Origin: Pseudomonadota bacterium
Lineage (GTDB): Bacteria > UBA10199 > 2-02-FULL-44-16 > JAAZCA01
Assembly: GCA_043798915.1 (NCBI GenBank)
Contig: JAZDOG010000055.1
Location: 1-54,193 of the forward strand
DNA length: 54,193 bases
Direction: 5' to 3'
Part shown: piece by piece, positions 1-11,272 of the stretch
Position numbering within the stretch: position 1 is the first letter of the stretch
Layout of the letters: each line of letters starts with the position of its first letter
Translations under genes and position numbers: made by a program
The notes under the pieces: generated by a model
Databases searched by the model: none
Told to the model about the DNA's origin: nothing
The model's input: only the letters and a program-made list of their open reading frames with translations

Positions 1-2379
1 GTGATCATGTTCCGACATCGCCAGATGTTTATCGGGCTCGCCGTAGTATTGTTTGCCGCAGCCCTTCTCTCCGCATGCGGCGGCTCTCGCGCAGTCGTTG
101 CCCGTGACCCAAAGCGCTTCATAAGGGAGCATGAGCTCGAACGCCTCCCCAAGTTCGACATCCCGGTGGAGATGAACGACCGGGTTGTCGCCTGGATGGA
201 GTATTTTCAGGGGCCGGGCAGAAAGCACTTCAGGCGCTATCTCGAGCGCTCCGGGCGCTACATCCCCCTCATGCAGGAGATACTCAAGAGGGAGGGGATG
301 CCCAAGGACCTCGTGTACATCGCCCTCATAGAGAGCGGCTTCAACACGCAGGCGCGTTCCTGGGCGGGCGCCGTGGGCCCGTGGCAGTTCATGCCCTATA
401 CTGGCAAGGACTACGGCCTCAAGATAGATGGTTGGGTGGATGAAAGGCGCGATCCATACAAGGCGACCGCTGCGGCTGCAGAGTATTTCAAGGACCTCCA
501 CGGTCAGTTCGGAGATTGGTACCTTGCCATCACATCGTACAACGCAGGGCCGGGGAGGGTGCAGAGGGCCATCGAAGCGACCGGGACGAGGAATTTCTGG
601 GAACTCTCCGAGAACCGCAAGGTGCTGCTGCCGGAACAGCGCGACTATGTGCCCAAATACATCGCTGCGGCCATCATCGCAAAGATGCCCGAGCGCTTCG
701 GATTCGACAGGATCGACTACAAGAACCCGTTCGACTTCGACAAGGGGAGCGTGGAGACGCAGACCGATATTTCGGTCATCGCAAAATGCGCGGGCGTTTC
801 CGAGGATGACATCGTCGATCTGAACCCGCATCTTGTGCGCGGGGCCACGCCGCCGGAGGCGCACAACTACGAGATCCGCCTGCCCAGGGGGACCTCCAGG
901 GCATTTCACGAAAAATATGCCGCCCTTTCCAAGGAGGAGCGCATACAGGTCGTGAGGTACCAGGTTCAGCGCCGCGACACGCTCGCCAGCATCGCGAGGC
1001 GCTATGGCATCAGCGCCCGTCAGCTCGCTTCCGCCAACGGCCTGTCGCAGACGCGCGGCCGCCTGGAGAGGGGGACCACGCTCACGATACCGGTGTCCGG
1101 TGCGTCAGCCAGGTACCCGGCAGCCAGATACGCCGCGGAGGGTGACGGCGGAAGCTCCGGGAGGAGTGTGAGACAGGTCAGGCACACGGTGAAGCGCGGC
1201 GAGACGGCCGCGAAGATTGCGCGCAACTATGGCGTCACGCTCCGTCAGCTGATGGCATGGAACAACTTGAAAAACTTGAAGAGGGTTCATGCCGGGATGA
1301 AGCTCGTGGTACACAGCGGCCCTGGATCCGTCGCTTCGGATGATGGCGGCGAGGGCGCCGTGGCGAAGAAGGAGCACATGGTGAAACACGGCGATACTAT
1401 TTCGACGATCGCGCGGCGATACGGCGTCACGGCCAAACAGCTGATCGCGATGAACGATCTCCGGCCGGATGCTCGGCTCAAGGCCGGGACGAGGCTGGTG
1501 ATAAGGAAGGGAAAGGCCGCGCCGAGGGCCTCTGAAGAGGGCGGGGAAGGGAATTCGGGCGGCGGTGGCGTGGTCGTGAAGAGCGAGTATAAGGTAAAAC
1601 ATGGCGATACGCTGGCGACGATCGCGCGGCGATACGGGATCACGACGAAACAGCTGATGGCGCTCAACGACATTCGCAGGGAAAGGGATCTGCGTCCGGG
1701 GATGAAGCTCGTGATCCGCCAGGCACGCGCGGCTTCTCCTGCCGGTTCGCCTGTGAAGCTTGCCGATTCGCAGAAGGGCGCGCCTGGTCGCGCGGCGCTG
1801 GAACACAAGGTGAAGCGCGGAGAGACGCTCTCGCAGATCGCAAGCCGCTATGACGTGTCCACGAAAGAGCTCATGGCCATGAACAACATCCGCGATGCGA
1901 GGGGTGTCAAGACCGGCATGAGCCTCGTCATCAAACCTGCGACGAGGAAGGCCTCGCCTGCGGCGGAGAGGCAGAAGGTCGCCCTGAAGGCGGCGAAGGA
2001 TGAGGAGACGGTGGAGGTGCGCGAGGCGCCGGTAAAGAAGATGACTGTGGCCTCCAATGCCCCTATACGGAACGAGGGAGAGCATGTCCAGATGGACTTG
2101 GCGTCGCCGGGCGGACTCTCGGACCAGCTGCCGCCCGCTTCGCCCGATGTGCAGCCTGCAAAAGAGGAGAAGGCCGATACCCCGGCGGCTGCCCCCAAGG
2201 CTCAGGTGAAATCTGACAATGCCGGCGGTCAGGTCGTATACAAGGTCAAGGACGGGGACACGCTCTGGGACATCGCGCGCAAACACAAGGTGACCATCGC
2301 CCAGATCCAGAAATGGAACAACCTGAGCGATCCCTCGGCGGTGAAGCCTGGAACCTCGATCACGATCAGGAAAGAGTGA
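1..2379 (+). CDS. mltD: MltD-like membrane-bound lytic murein transglycosylase lipoprotein with about 6 LysM domains
   Basis: Lipobox LSAC; SLT motifs IESGFN, AVGPWQFMPYTG and YNAGPGRV; six LysM repeats (e.g. HTVKRGET, YKVKDGDTLWDIA). Start may be GTG at 1 or ATG at 7. Confidence 0.85.
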   Translation: MIMFRHRQMFIGLAVVLFAAALLSACGGSRAVVARDPKRFIREHELERLPKFDIPVEMNDRVVAWMEYFQGPGRKHFRRYLERSGRYIPLMQEILKREGMPKDLVYIALIESGFNTQARSWAGAVGPWQFMPYTGKDYGLKIDGWVDERRDPYKATAAAAEYFKDLHGQFGDWYLAITSYNAGPGRVQRAIEATGTRNFWELSENRKVLLPEQRDYVPKYIAAAIIAKMPERFGFDRIDYKNPFDFDKGSVETQTDISVIAKCAGVSEDDIVDLNPHLVRGATPPEAHNYEIRLPRGTSRAFHEKYAALSKEERIQVVRYQVQRRDTLASIARRYGISARQLASANGLSQTRGRLERGTTLTIPVSGASARYPAARYAAEGDGGSSGRSVRQVRHTVKRGETAAKIARNYGVTLRQLMAWNNLKNLKRVHAGMKLVVHSGPGSVASDDGGEGAVAKKEHMVKHGDTISTIARRYGVTAKQLIAMNDLRPDARLKAGTRLVIRKGKAAPRASEEGGEGNSGGGGVVVKSEYKVKHGDTLATIARRYGITTKQLMALNDIRRERDLRPGMKLVIRQARAASPAGSPVKLADSQKGAPGRAALEHKVKRGETLSQIASRYDVSTKELMAMNNIRDARGVKTGMSLVIKPATRKASPAAERQKVALKAAKDEETVEVREAPVKKMTVASNAPIRNEGEHVQMDLASPGGLSDQLPPASPDVQPAKEEKADTPAAAPKAQVKSDNAGGQVVYKVKDGDTLWDIARKHKVTIAQIQKWNNLSDPSAVKPGTSITIRKE

Positions 2380-2400
2380 GAAGCAAGAAAATTTCCGGCA

Positions 2401-2982
2401 TCAACCATCGATCTCAATCTTGAACGTCTCCAATATCGTCCTGATGGCGGGATGGGAGATGACCTCATTGCAATCCGGCCCGCCTCTGTTGCCTGTGCTT
2501 ATGCCTGCTTCGAGCAACAGGTTTGGCTCCAGGTATATGGCGCAGAAGTTGCTTCTCGCATGTGCGATCCCCTGAATCCAGGATATGGCCTTCGCCTGAT
2601 GGCCTGCCACCTTTAGCGTGGTGGGCGAACCCCATTCTGCCGGTTGTATCTTGCGGCTGGTCATCAAGGCGCCGCTCACGATATTTTTTATCTCCGCGGA
2701 GGCATCCGCATCCCCTGCCGCGTAGACGCTGAATAAAAGTGTGCCGCCCGGAGGACCGCTGAGCACGACGTATCTTGCCTTGTCAGGAAACGGAAGGACG
2801 CCGATCCCCAGGTTCGCCGGCCTCCGGAGTGAAAACGCGACGGGCGGAAGCGAATGTGAGATGGCATCTTTCGTGCTGCTCCTGTACAGCTCTTTAGCTG
2901 CCGGCCGTGCGGGCGATCCGTGCATCAGGAATAAAGCAGCCGATGATATTGCGATAAACAGTTTAGGGTTTTTCATGCGCAT
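2401..2982 (-). CDS. Hypothetical exported protein
   Basis: 193-aa ORF with a hydrophobic N-terminal signal-like segment, directly downstream of acs; no family recognised. Confidence 0.6.
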   Translation of the reverse strand: MRMKNPKLFIAISSAALFLMHGSPARPAAKELYRSSTKDAISHSLPPVAFSLRRPANLGIGVLPFPDKARYVVLSGPPGGTLLFSVYAAGDADASAEIKNIVSGALMTSRKIQPAEWGSPTTLKVAGHQAKAISWIQGIAHARSNFCAIYLEPNLLLEAGISTGNRGGPDCNEVISHPAIRTILETFKIEIDG

Positions 2983-2987
2983 AATGC

Positions 2988-4967
<1,980 letters not shown>

Positions 4968-5081
4968 GACTATTCTCCTCCTTATAAGGATGGTGTTAAA
5001 GCGGTCGGACAACAGCCGCCGATATAGCGGCAGGTGGAGGCTCTATAGCGTTTGTGGGCCGATGTCAACTGATGCAGAAGC

Positions 5082-5158
5082 ATCAGATATCAGCTATCAG
5101 TCAACCCTGATTTACTGAAGGTTTTACTGACAGCTGAGAGCTGAGAGCTGATAGCCGA
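5082..5158. repeat. Inverted arrays of heptamer repeats (ATCAGCT-like / GCTGA(G/T)A-like)
   Basis: ATCAGATATCAGCTATCAG at 5082-5100 faces CTGACAGCTGAGAGCTGAGAGCTGATAGC at 5127-5155. Confidence 0.6.
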
Positions 5159-5168
5159 CGTTTGAATT

Positions 5169-5432
5169 TCAGCGATCCAGCCGAGGGGCCTGAGTGGGCT
5201 GGGCGCTGTCGCGCGAGGGGGAGGGTGCCGCCTGTTTGACCGCCCCCTTAGAATTTGCCGGCAGCGGTCGCGGCATGCCGTCGGGGAGAGAGAGTGTGGG
5301 CGAGGAAATCGGTGCGGTTGTGTTCGAAGCGAACGGCATGCCGGTGGACACGACCCCTTCGCCGATGATCTCCGCGGTTATGGCGAAGAAAAATACCGCA
5401 CAAGCCAACGATGCAATGCGCTTCATCTTCAT
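5169..5432 (-). CDS. Small exported Pro/Ser-rich hypothetical protein
   Basis: GGAGG RBS before MKMKR; hydrophobic N-terminus; preceded by a sigma-28-like motif. Confidence 0.55.
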   Translation of the reverse strand: MKMKRIASLACAVFFFAITAEIIGEGVVSTGMPFASNTTAPISSPTLSLPDGMPRPLPANSKGAVKQAAPSPSRDSAQPTQAPRLDR

Positions 5433-5469
5433 GATGTCGCCTCCGGTATGTGTTGTTGCCTGCATACCG

Positions 5470-5498
5470 TTATCGGCGATTGCTCAAAAAAGTTGCGT
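5470..5498 (-). promoter_or_regulatory. Sigma-28-like promoter motif, copy 1 (ACGCAA-N15-GCCGATAA)
   Basis: Minus strand reads ACGCAACTTTTTTGAGCAATCGCCGATAA; GCCGATAA is the FliA -10 consensus. Confidence 0.6.
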
Positions 5499-5590
5499 CC
5501 TATTTTTAAGGGTAAGGCAGGTATTCATGGTTTCGGCTAAAATATATTGCTTTATGCTATATAATGGTATAATATTCATATAAGATCTAT

Positions 5591-5863
5591 ATGTATATAT
5601 GGGATCCACAAAAGAGCGCTGCAAACAAGCGCAAGCACGGCATATCCTTCGAAGAGGCGCGGGATTCGATCTTCGAGGGGAAAAATATTGTGGCAGTGGA
5701 TGTGGCTTATAGCAAGGGTGAGACCAGACATGCGGTCATCGGAAAATTCGGGGGCAAATACTACGCAGGTATTTTTACGATACACACAGGAGGGGTCCGC
5801 ATAATATCGGTGAGGAGGGCGCGCGATGAAGAAGCGAGACATGCAAAAGATAGAGGACTTTGA
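5591..5863 (+). CDS. brnT: BrnT family toxin (ribonuclease)
   Basis: WDPQKSAANKRKHGISFEEA and VRIISVRRA signature. Confidence 0.9.
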   Translation: MYIWDPQKSAANKRKHGISFEEARDSIFEGKNIVAVDVAYSKGETRHAVIGKFGGKYYAGIFTIHTGGVRIISVRRARDEEARHAKDRGL

Positions 5864-6080
5864 CGAGGCGTTTGATGATGGGAAGGTCTCCATCGACTTC
5901 AAGGGGGGCACCTTGACCGAAGGCATAAGCGCGCTGGTCAAGTTGCCGCCACTGGCGGTGCCGGCTTGGCTCGCCCTTGAAATAGAGGCTATCTCGAAGA
6001 TTCAGGCCAACTCAAAATCGTCGGTGATTCGCCAGCTCCTTGTGGAGGCTATCGAGGGAAAACGGAGGATGGCGTCGTGA
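5826..6080 (+). CDS. Probable antitoxin (BrnA/CopG-type ribbon-helix-helix)
   Basis: Overlaps brnT; acidic N-terminus (EDFDEAFDDG) and RHH-like C-terminus. Confidence 0.7.
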   Translation: MKKRDMQKIEDFDEAFDDGKVSIDFKGGTLTEGISALVKLPPLAVPAWLALEIEAISKIQANSKSSVIRQLLVEAIEGKRRMAS

Positions 6081-6137
6081 CAAGCGGTTCAGAACTTCCA
6101 CGTCCTTATTAGCTTTAGGACACCTTTAAAGATTCCC

Positions 6138-6596
6138 TCATTCATTCTCGTACCGCGCGGGGATCTTGCCCTTGCCCTCGCAGTGGGGGCAGGCCTCTTT
6201 GAGGCTGAAGGTGTTGAAGATCGTCCGACCGTACCACTCCTGTTCGTAGCCATGGTGGTCGTAGGCCAGGTGGGAGAGTTCGTGCGCGAACGTCTGGAGG
6301 ATCTCGAGCTTCGACAGGGGAACGAGGACGCGTTTCTTCCTTCCGTTCGTCGTGCGCTCGGCGGTCGAATGCGTGGCGAGCGTTATGGTCCTGTCGGCGC
6401 GGCAGCAGTTGCCGAGCGTGCGGTGTTCCTTGCGAAGTTGGGGCCGAAACGATCGGACGGTGCGGGGCACCACCATCGCAGGCATCCTTTTTTCAACCCG
6501 GGTGAGATACTTTCCTATCCAGGCGAGGGGCTTGGATATCCTCGTGCTCCCGAGCTTGTGTCGATTTGATCTCTGCTTTGTTCTGCGCGGCGGCAT
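6138..6596 (-). CDS. Hypothetical zinc metallopeptidase-like protein
   Basis: HELSH (HExxH) followed by HH; C-terminal CPHCEGKG; start uncertain. Confidence 0.6.
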   Translation of the reverse strand: MPPRRTKQRSNRHKLGSTRISKPLAWIGKYLTRVEKRMPAMVVPRTVRSFRPQLRKEHRTLGNCCRADRTITLATHSTAERTTNGRKKRVLVPLSKLEILQTFAHELSHLAYDHHGYEQEWYGRTIFNTFSLKEACPHCEGKGKIPARYENE

Positions 6597-6889
6597 ATGG
6601 AATATCATAATCCACATGCCGGACAATTCAAGCCGTTTCGTCAAGCCCGGACCCGTAACGAGGCGCCTGCAGAAGGCATATTTCGATATCGTGCACGGAA
6701 ACGACGAGCATTATATGCGCTGGATCACCATTTTTTAGAGCTAAAATCCACTCGCAGGGGGGGTACCCCCCTATATGTGTCGTTTTTTCTTTTTTTCTAT
6801 TATGGAATCTGCTATAAGTACCTCTGGCAATTCGACAACCATCGGCGATTCGCTTTCTAAAGGAGCGGCGCCCAGCTTAAGGAGGAGTT

Positions 6890-7090
6890 ATGGTAAAGAA
6901 GAAAAAAGCAAAGAAGAAGAAGGTCACGAAGAAGGGTGGCAAGAAGAAGGCGTTCGGCGGCTACACAGTCAATTTCAAGGACTGTCTGCACACGCTCGAG
7001 AACATCTTCGGGACGAAGCCGATCCCGCCGAGCCAGATGACGAAGAAACTGTGGGCGTATGTGAAGAGGAACCGCCTCAACACGAAATAA
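6890..7090 (+). CDS. Small SWIB/MDM2-domain protein with Lys-rich N-terminus
   Basis: AAGGAGGAG RBS; LENIFG..PIPPSQMTKKLWAYVKRNRL resembles the SWIB core; followed by a terminator. Confidence 0.75.
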   Translation: MVKKKKAKKKKVTKKGGKKKAFGGYTVNFKDCLHTLENIFGTKPIPPSQMTKKLWAYVKRNRLNTK

Positions 7091-7111
7091 GCTGCATGAG
7101 TCGAGAAACGA

Positions 7112-7143
7112 GCCCCGGCTGGGAAACCCAGCCGGGGTTTTTT
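7112..7143 (+). terminator. Rho-independent terminator
   Basis: CCCCGGCTGGG-AAA-CCCAGCCGGGG followed by a T-run. Confidence 0.85.
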
Positions 7144-7206
7144 CTTGCGCTTGATGCTCGGTTCGGGGTAAATGGGCGCGCTGAAAAACTTCAGGGGGTT
7201 TTTGAA

Positions 7207-8256
7207 ATGAGCCCAAGATACCGCACAGGAGGCGACCGCTTCGGCCGCCATAGGGTCATCGCCCCGGATGGAGCGCTTCCTCAGGCCGCAACTAAGCTCG
7301 ACAACTCGCTTCCCATCTACGACGACGAGATCCTGATCGATGTGAAGACGCTCAACATCGATTCGGCCTCGTTCCGCCAGATGCGCGAAGCGGCCGGCGG
7401 CAAACCGGAGGGCATAGCCCGGCAGGTCCTGGAGAACGTGAAGAACATGGGGAAGCAGCAGAACCCCGTGACCGGATCCGGCGGCATGCTCCTTGGAACG
7501 GTCGCCGAGATAGGCCCTCGCTATTCCAACTCCGCAGGTGTCGAGGCAGGAGACAGCATCTGCACCCTCGTCTCCTTGACCCTCACGCCGCTCGCAATCG
7601 ACAGGATCGAGGCGGTTCACGACTCCGAACAGATCGACATCGAGGGGAAGGCGGTGCTCTTCGATTCAGGGGTGCTGGCGAAAATCCCCGACGATATCGA
7701 CCTCAACGTCTGTCTCGCCCTCCTGGACGTCGCCGGTGCGCCTCCCCAGGCCGCCAGGCTCGCAAAAGCGGGCGACGTCGTCTACATCGTCGGAGCTGGC
7801 AAATCCGGAATACTTTGCGCGGCGACGATCCGCGAAAAGCTGGGAAAGAACTGCCGCATAATCGTCTCGGCCACCCGAAAGGAGAGCGTGGAGTCGATGA
7901 AGGCACTCGGGACCGCAGACGAGTGCTTCATAGCCAACGCGCTGAATCCAGCCGAGACGATGGACATGGTGGAGGCAGCCACCGGCGGAGAGATGTGCAA
8001 CCTCGTGATCAACACCGCAAACGTGGAGGGCACGGAGCTCGCTTCGGTGCTCGCCTGCAGGCAGGGCGGCAAGGTATATTTCTTCAACATGGCGACGAAT
8101 TTCCAGAAGGCGGCGCTGGGAGCCGAGGGCGTGGGGATGGACGTGGAGATGATCATCGGCAATGGATACGCGCCGGGCCACGCCGAGTTCACCCTCGATC
8201 TCTATCGCCGGAACGCCGTAGTGAAGAAGTGGTTCGACGAGAAGTTCGGTGCGTAA
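7207..8256 (+). CDS. kdd: L-erythro-3,5-diaminohexanoate dehydrogenase
   Basis: LNIDSASF, GKQQNPVTGSGGML, TLVSLTLTPL and ALLDVAGAP motifs; adjacent to kam genes. The ORF track start at 6775 is an upstream extension. Confidence 0.9.
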   Translation: MSPRYRTGGDRFGRHRVIAPDGALPQAATKLDNSLPIYDDEILIDVKTLNIDSASFRQMREAAGGKPEGIARQVLENVKNMGKQQNPVTGSGGMLLGTVAEIGPRYSNSAGVEAGDSICTLVSLTLTPLAIDRIEAVHDSEQIDIEGKAVLFDSGVLAKIPDDIDLNVCLALLDVAGAPPQAARLAKAGDVVYIVGAGKSGILCAATIREKLGKNCRIIVSATRKESVESMKALGTADECFIANALNPAETMDMVEAATGGEMCNLVINTANVEGTELASVLACRQGGKVYFFNMATNFQKAALGAEGVGMDVEMIIGNGYAPGHAEFTLDLYRRNAVVKKWFDEKFGA

Positions 8257-8273
8257 GTACGTCAGGTGAATTT

Positions 8274-9527
8274 ATGATAGATACCCAGGATCCAAAATAC
8301 TACCAGCGCATCAAGATATGGTCCAAGGTCTCGCTCGATGAGTGGAACGACCCCGTCTGGCAGATGCAAAACATCGTGACCGATACGGAAGGGCTCTCCC
8401 GCGTCATCAAACTCTTGGCCAAGGAGAGGGAAGAGGTGGACCGCGCGGTAAAATACTCGCGCTTCCAGGCGACGCCCTACTACCTCTCGCTGATAGATGA
8501 CAACAATCCGGAATGCCCTATAAGGATGCAGATCGTACCGTCGATCGCGGAGCTCCAGCCCGGGCTCGGCGATCTCACCGATCCCCTTGCGGAGGATTCC
8601 GATTCGCCAGTGCCTAGGCTCGTGCACCGCTATCCCGACAGGGTCCTCTTCCTGGTCTCCGACGTCTGCTCGATGTATTGCCGCTTCTGCACGCGCAGGC
8701 GCCACATACTCAACCGCACGCCGAGGGAGCTCTCGGCCGAGCACGACAGGGCGGTGGGCTACATCGCGTCACATCCAGAGATAAGGGACGTGATCCTCTC
8801 CGGCGGCGACGCCCTCATGCTCTCGGTCGATATGCTGGAGGGGATAATAAAGAAGCTCCGCAAACTGCCGCACGTGGAGATAATAAGGGTCGCCTCGCGC
8901 ACCCCCTGCGTCTTCCCGATGAAGGTCACCGAGGAGTTCGCGTCGATGCTCGCGAAGCACCAGCCGATCTATTTTATGACGCACTTCAATCATCCGTACG
9001 AGGTGACGCCCAGTTCGGCCGCAGCGTGCGCCAGGATAGCGAATGCCGGGATACCGCTCCACAACCAGTCGGTGCTCTTGCGCAGAATCAACTCCGACCC
9101 GAGGGTCATGAAGAAGCTGTCGCACGAGCTTCTGAAAATGCGCGTGAGGCCCTACTACATCTACCAGTGCGACCTCGCCGAGGGGATAGAGCATTTCAGG
9201 ACGTCCGTCTCGATGGGTTTCGAGATAATGGAGTATCTGAGGGGGCACACATCGGGGCTTGCGCTTCCGACATTTGTCATAGATGCGCCGGGCGGCGGCG
9301 GGAAGATACCGGTGATGCCCAGCTACCTCCTGACCCTTACGGACAGCTGTGCGGTGGTCCGAAACTATCGCGGCATGATGAGCGGCTACACGAATCCACG
9401 CGAGCGCGACTGCCGCTGTTCGACGGCGGGGGATGTCGCGGCATCGCTCGCCCCCGAATCCCCGAGCAACAGGGGATATCTCGACCTGATCGAGGGCAAG
9501 AGGGTGACGCTGAAACCGCAGGTGTAG
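8274..9527 (+). CDS. kamA: Lysine 2,3-aminomutase (radical SAM, PLP)
   Basis: LVHRYPDRVL, CSMYCRFC (CxxxCxxC), THFNHP and DAPGGGGKIP motifs. Confidence 0.93.
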   Translation: MIDTQDPKYYQRIKIWSKVSLDEWNDPVWQMQNIVTDTEGLSRVIKLLAKEREEVDRAVKYSRFQATPYYLSLIDDNNPECPIRMQIVPSIAELQPGLGDLTDPLAEDSDSPVPRLVHRYPDRVLFLVSDVCSMYCRFCTRRRHILNRTPRELSAEHDRAVGYIASHPEIRDVILSGGDALMLSVDMLEGIIKKLRKLPHVEIIRVASRTPCVFPMKVTEEFASMLAKHQPIYFMTHFNHPYEVTPSSAAACARIANAGIPLHNQSVLLRRINSDPRVMKKLSHELLKMRVRPYYIYQCDLAEGIEHFRTSVSMGFEIMEYLRGHTSGLALPTFVIDAPGGGGKIPVMPSYLLTLTDSCAVVRNYRGMMSGYTNPRERDCRCSTAGDVAASLAPESPSNRGYLDLIEGKRVTLKPQV

Positions 9528-9538
9528 TGTTATAGATT

Positions 9539-9635
9539 CCCTCCCCTTTGTAAGGGGAGGGTCAGGGTGGGGTAGATATATGAAACAGATTCATCGATGA
9601 TCTACCTCCCCCGGCCCCTCCTTACAAAGGAGGGG
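9539..9635 (+). repeat. REP/BIME-like near-palindromic element, family A, copy 1
   Basis: CCCTCCCCTTTGTAAGGGGAGGGTCAGGGTGGGGTAGAT ... ATCTACCTCCCCCGGCCCCTCCTTACAAAGGAGGGG; four copies in the window. Confidence 0.9.
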
Positions 9636-9646
9636 AGAAAGCTCAT

Positions 9647-11206
9647 ATGTCCTACAGGAAACTCAATCTCGACCGCGACAAGATAGACCAATGCCGCTCC
9701 GTGGCGCATCGAATAGTGGCGCCTGTCCACAGGTATATCGACAGACACTCGACGACCTCCATCGAGCGCGCGGTCCTGCGCGTGATGGGCGTCGAAGACG
9801 CCACCGACGAGATGCCGCATGCGAACCTCATCGTCGACAGGTTCTCCCGCGACGCCTTGAGGCGGGGGATCGCATGGTGGTTTGGAAAGGCCGCCGCGCA
9901 CACCGGCCTCGATGCCGCACCGCTTGCGAAGAGGCTCGCTTCCGGGGAGCTCAAACTCGAAAATATCCCCGATGTATCCGAAGAAAAAATCAGGCGGGCG
10001 GCGGAAGATATGGCCGCCAGCGGGCTCAAGAGGATCGACGAGGCGCGGGGTCAGCGCGAGCGCCTGCGGGCGCGCCTGGGAGAAGGGCCGCCTCCGTTCA
10101 AATATCTCATCGTCGCCACCGGCAACATCTACGACGACTGCGCGCAGGCCGTCTCGGCCGTGGAGTGCGGTGCCGACATCATCGCGGTCATACGCACGAC
10201 AGCGCAGTCGCTCCTGGACTATGTGCCGGACGGCATCTCGACCGAAGGGACCGGCGGGACGCTCGCGACACAGGCCAACTTCCGGGTCATGAGGAAGGCG
10301 CTCGACGAAGCGGCGCAGAAGGCGGGCCGCTATATCCGCCTCACGAACTACTCCTCGGGGCTATGCATGTCCGAGATAGCTGCGATGGCCGCGGAGGAGC
10401 GGCTCGACGTCCTCCTCAACGACTCGATGTACGGGATCCTCTTCCGCGACATCAACATGAAGAGGACGTTCGTCGACCAGCATTTTTCGCGCCTAATCTG
10501 CGCGAGGGCCGGCATCGTCATCAACACGGGCGAGGACAACTACCTGACGACCACCGACGCCTACAGGAACGCTCACCACGTGCTCACGAGCCAGTTCATC
10601 AACGAGCAGTTCGCTATCCTCGCGGAGCTGCCGCCGGAGCTCATAGGGCTGGGCCACGCCTTCGAGATAGACCCGTCGATAGAGGACGGCATGCTCTACG
10701 AGCTCGCGCAGGCGCAGATGGTCAGGGAGATATTCCCGCGCGCGCCCATCAAATACATGCCTCCGACCAAGCACATGACCGGCGACATAATGCAGGGCAA
10801 CGTCATGGACGCGATGTTCAACGTCTGCGGGATAATCACCGAGCAGACGATCCAGCTGCTCGGCATCCCCACAGAGGCGATGCACAATCCGCACCTGCAG
10901 GACCGCTACTGGGCGCTCAAGAACGCGAACTACATCTTCCATACCGCCAGGCACATAGGGGACGAGGTGACCTTTGTCCCAAACGGCAAGATCGCGCGCC
11001 GCGCTCACACCGTCCTCGAGAACGCGCACAAGCACTTGAAGAAGGTGGAGACGGCCGGACTCATGAAGGCGATCGGGCAGGGGATGTTTGCCGAAATCGA
11101 GCGAGATGAGAACGGCGGCAAGGGCCTCGAAGGCGTGTTCCAGAAGGATAGGAATTATTTTAATCCAATTCTGGATTTGTTGAAGAAGGGTTCCCCTCCT
11201 TTGTAA
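9647..11206 (+). CDS. kamD: Lysine 5,6-aminomutase alpha subunit
   Basis: IVATGNIYDD, IAVIRTTAQSLLDYVP, YGILFRDINM and KYMPPTK motifs. Confidence 0.93.
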   Translation: MSYRKLNLDRDKIDQCRSVAHRIVAPVHRYIDRHSTTSIERAVLRVMGVEDATDEMPHANLIVDRFSRDALRRGIAWWFGKAAAHTGLDAAPLAKRLASGELKLENIPDVSEEKIRRAAEDMAASGLKRIDEARGQRERLRARLGEGPPPFKYLIVATGNIYDDCAQAVSAVECGADIIAVIRTTAQSLLDYVPDGISTEGTGGTLATQANFRVMRKALDEAAQKAGRYIRLTNYSSGLCMSEIAAMAAEERLDVLLNDSMYGILFRDINMKRTFVDQHFSRLICARAGIVINTGEDNYLTTTDAYRNAHHVLTSQFINEQFAILAELPPELIGLGHAFEIDPSIEDGMLYELAQAQMVREIFPRAPIKYMPPTKHMTGDIMQGNVMDAMFNVCGIITEQTIQLLGIPTEAMHNPHLQDRYWALKNANYIFHTARHIGDEVTFVPNGKIARRAHTVLENAHKHLKKVETAGLMKAIGQGMFAEIERDENGGKGLEGVFQKDRNYFNPILDLLKKGSPPL

Positions 11207-11265
11207 GGAGGGGAAAGGGGAGGTAGATCTACCCCACCCGGACCCTCCCCTTACAAAGGGGAGGG
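11193..11265 (-). repeat. REP/BIME-like element, family A, copy 2 (inverted; contains the kamD stop)
   Basis: CCCCTCCTTTGTAAGGAGGGG...GGTAGATCTACC...CCCTCCCCTTACAAAGGGGAGGG. Confidence 0.9.
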
Positions 11266-11272
11266 AAATTAT

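Noticed and set aside
6775..7206. N-terminal extension of the kdd ORF
   Set aside because: It overlaps the SWIB gene and its terminator; Kdd-like sequence begins at 7207.
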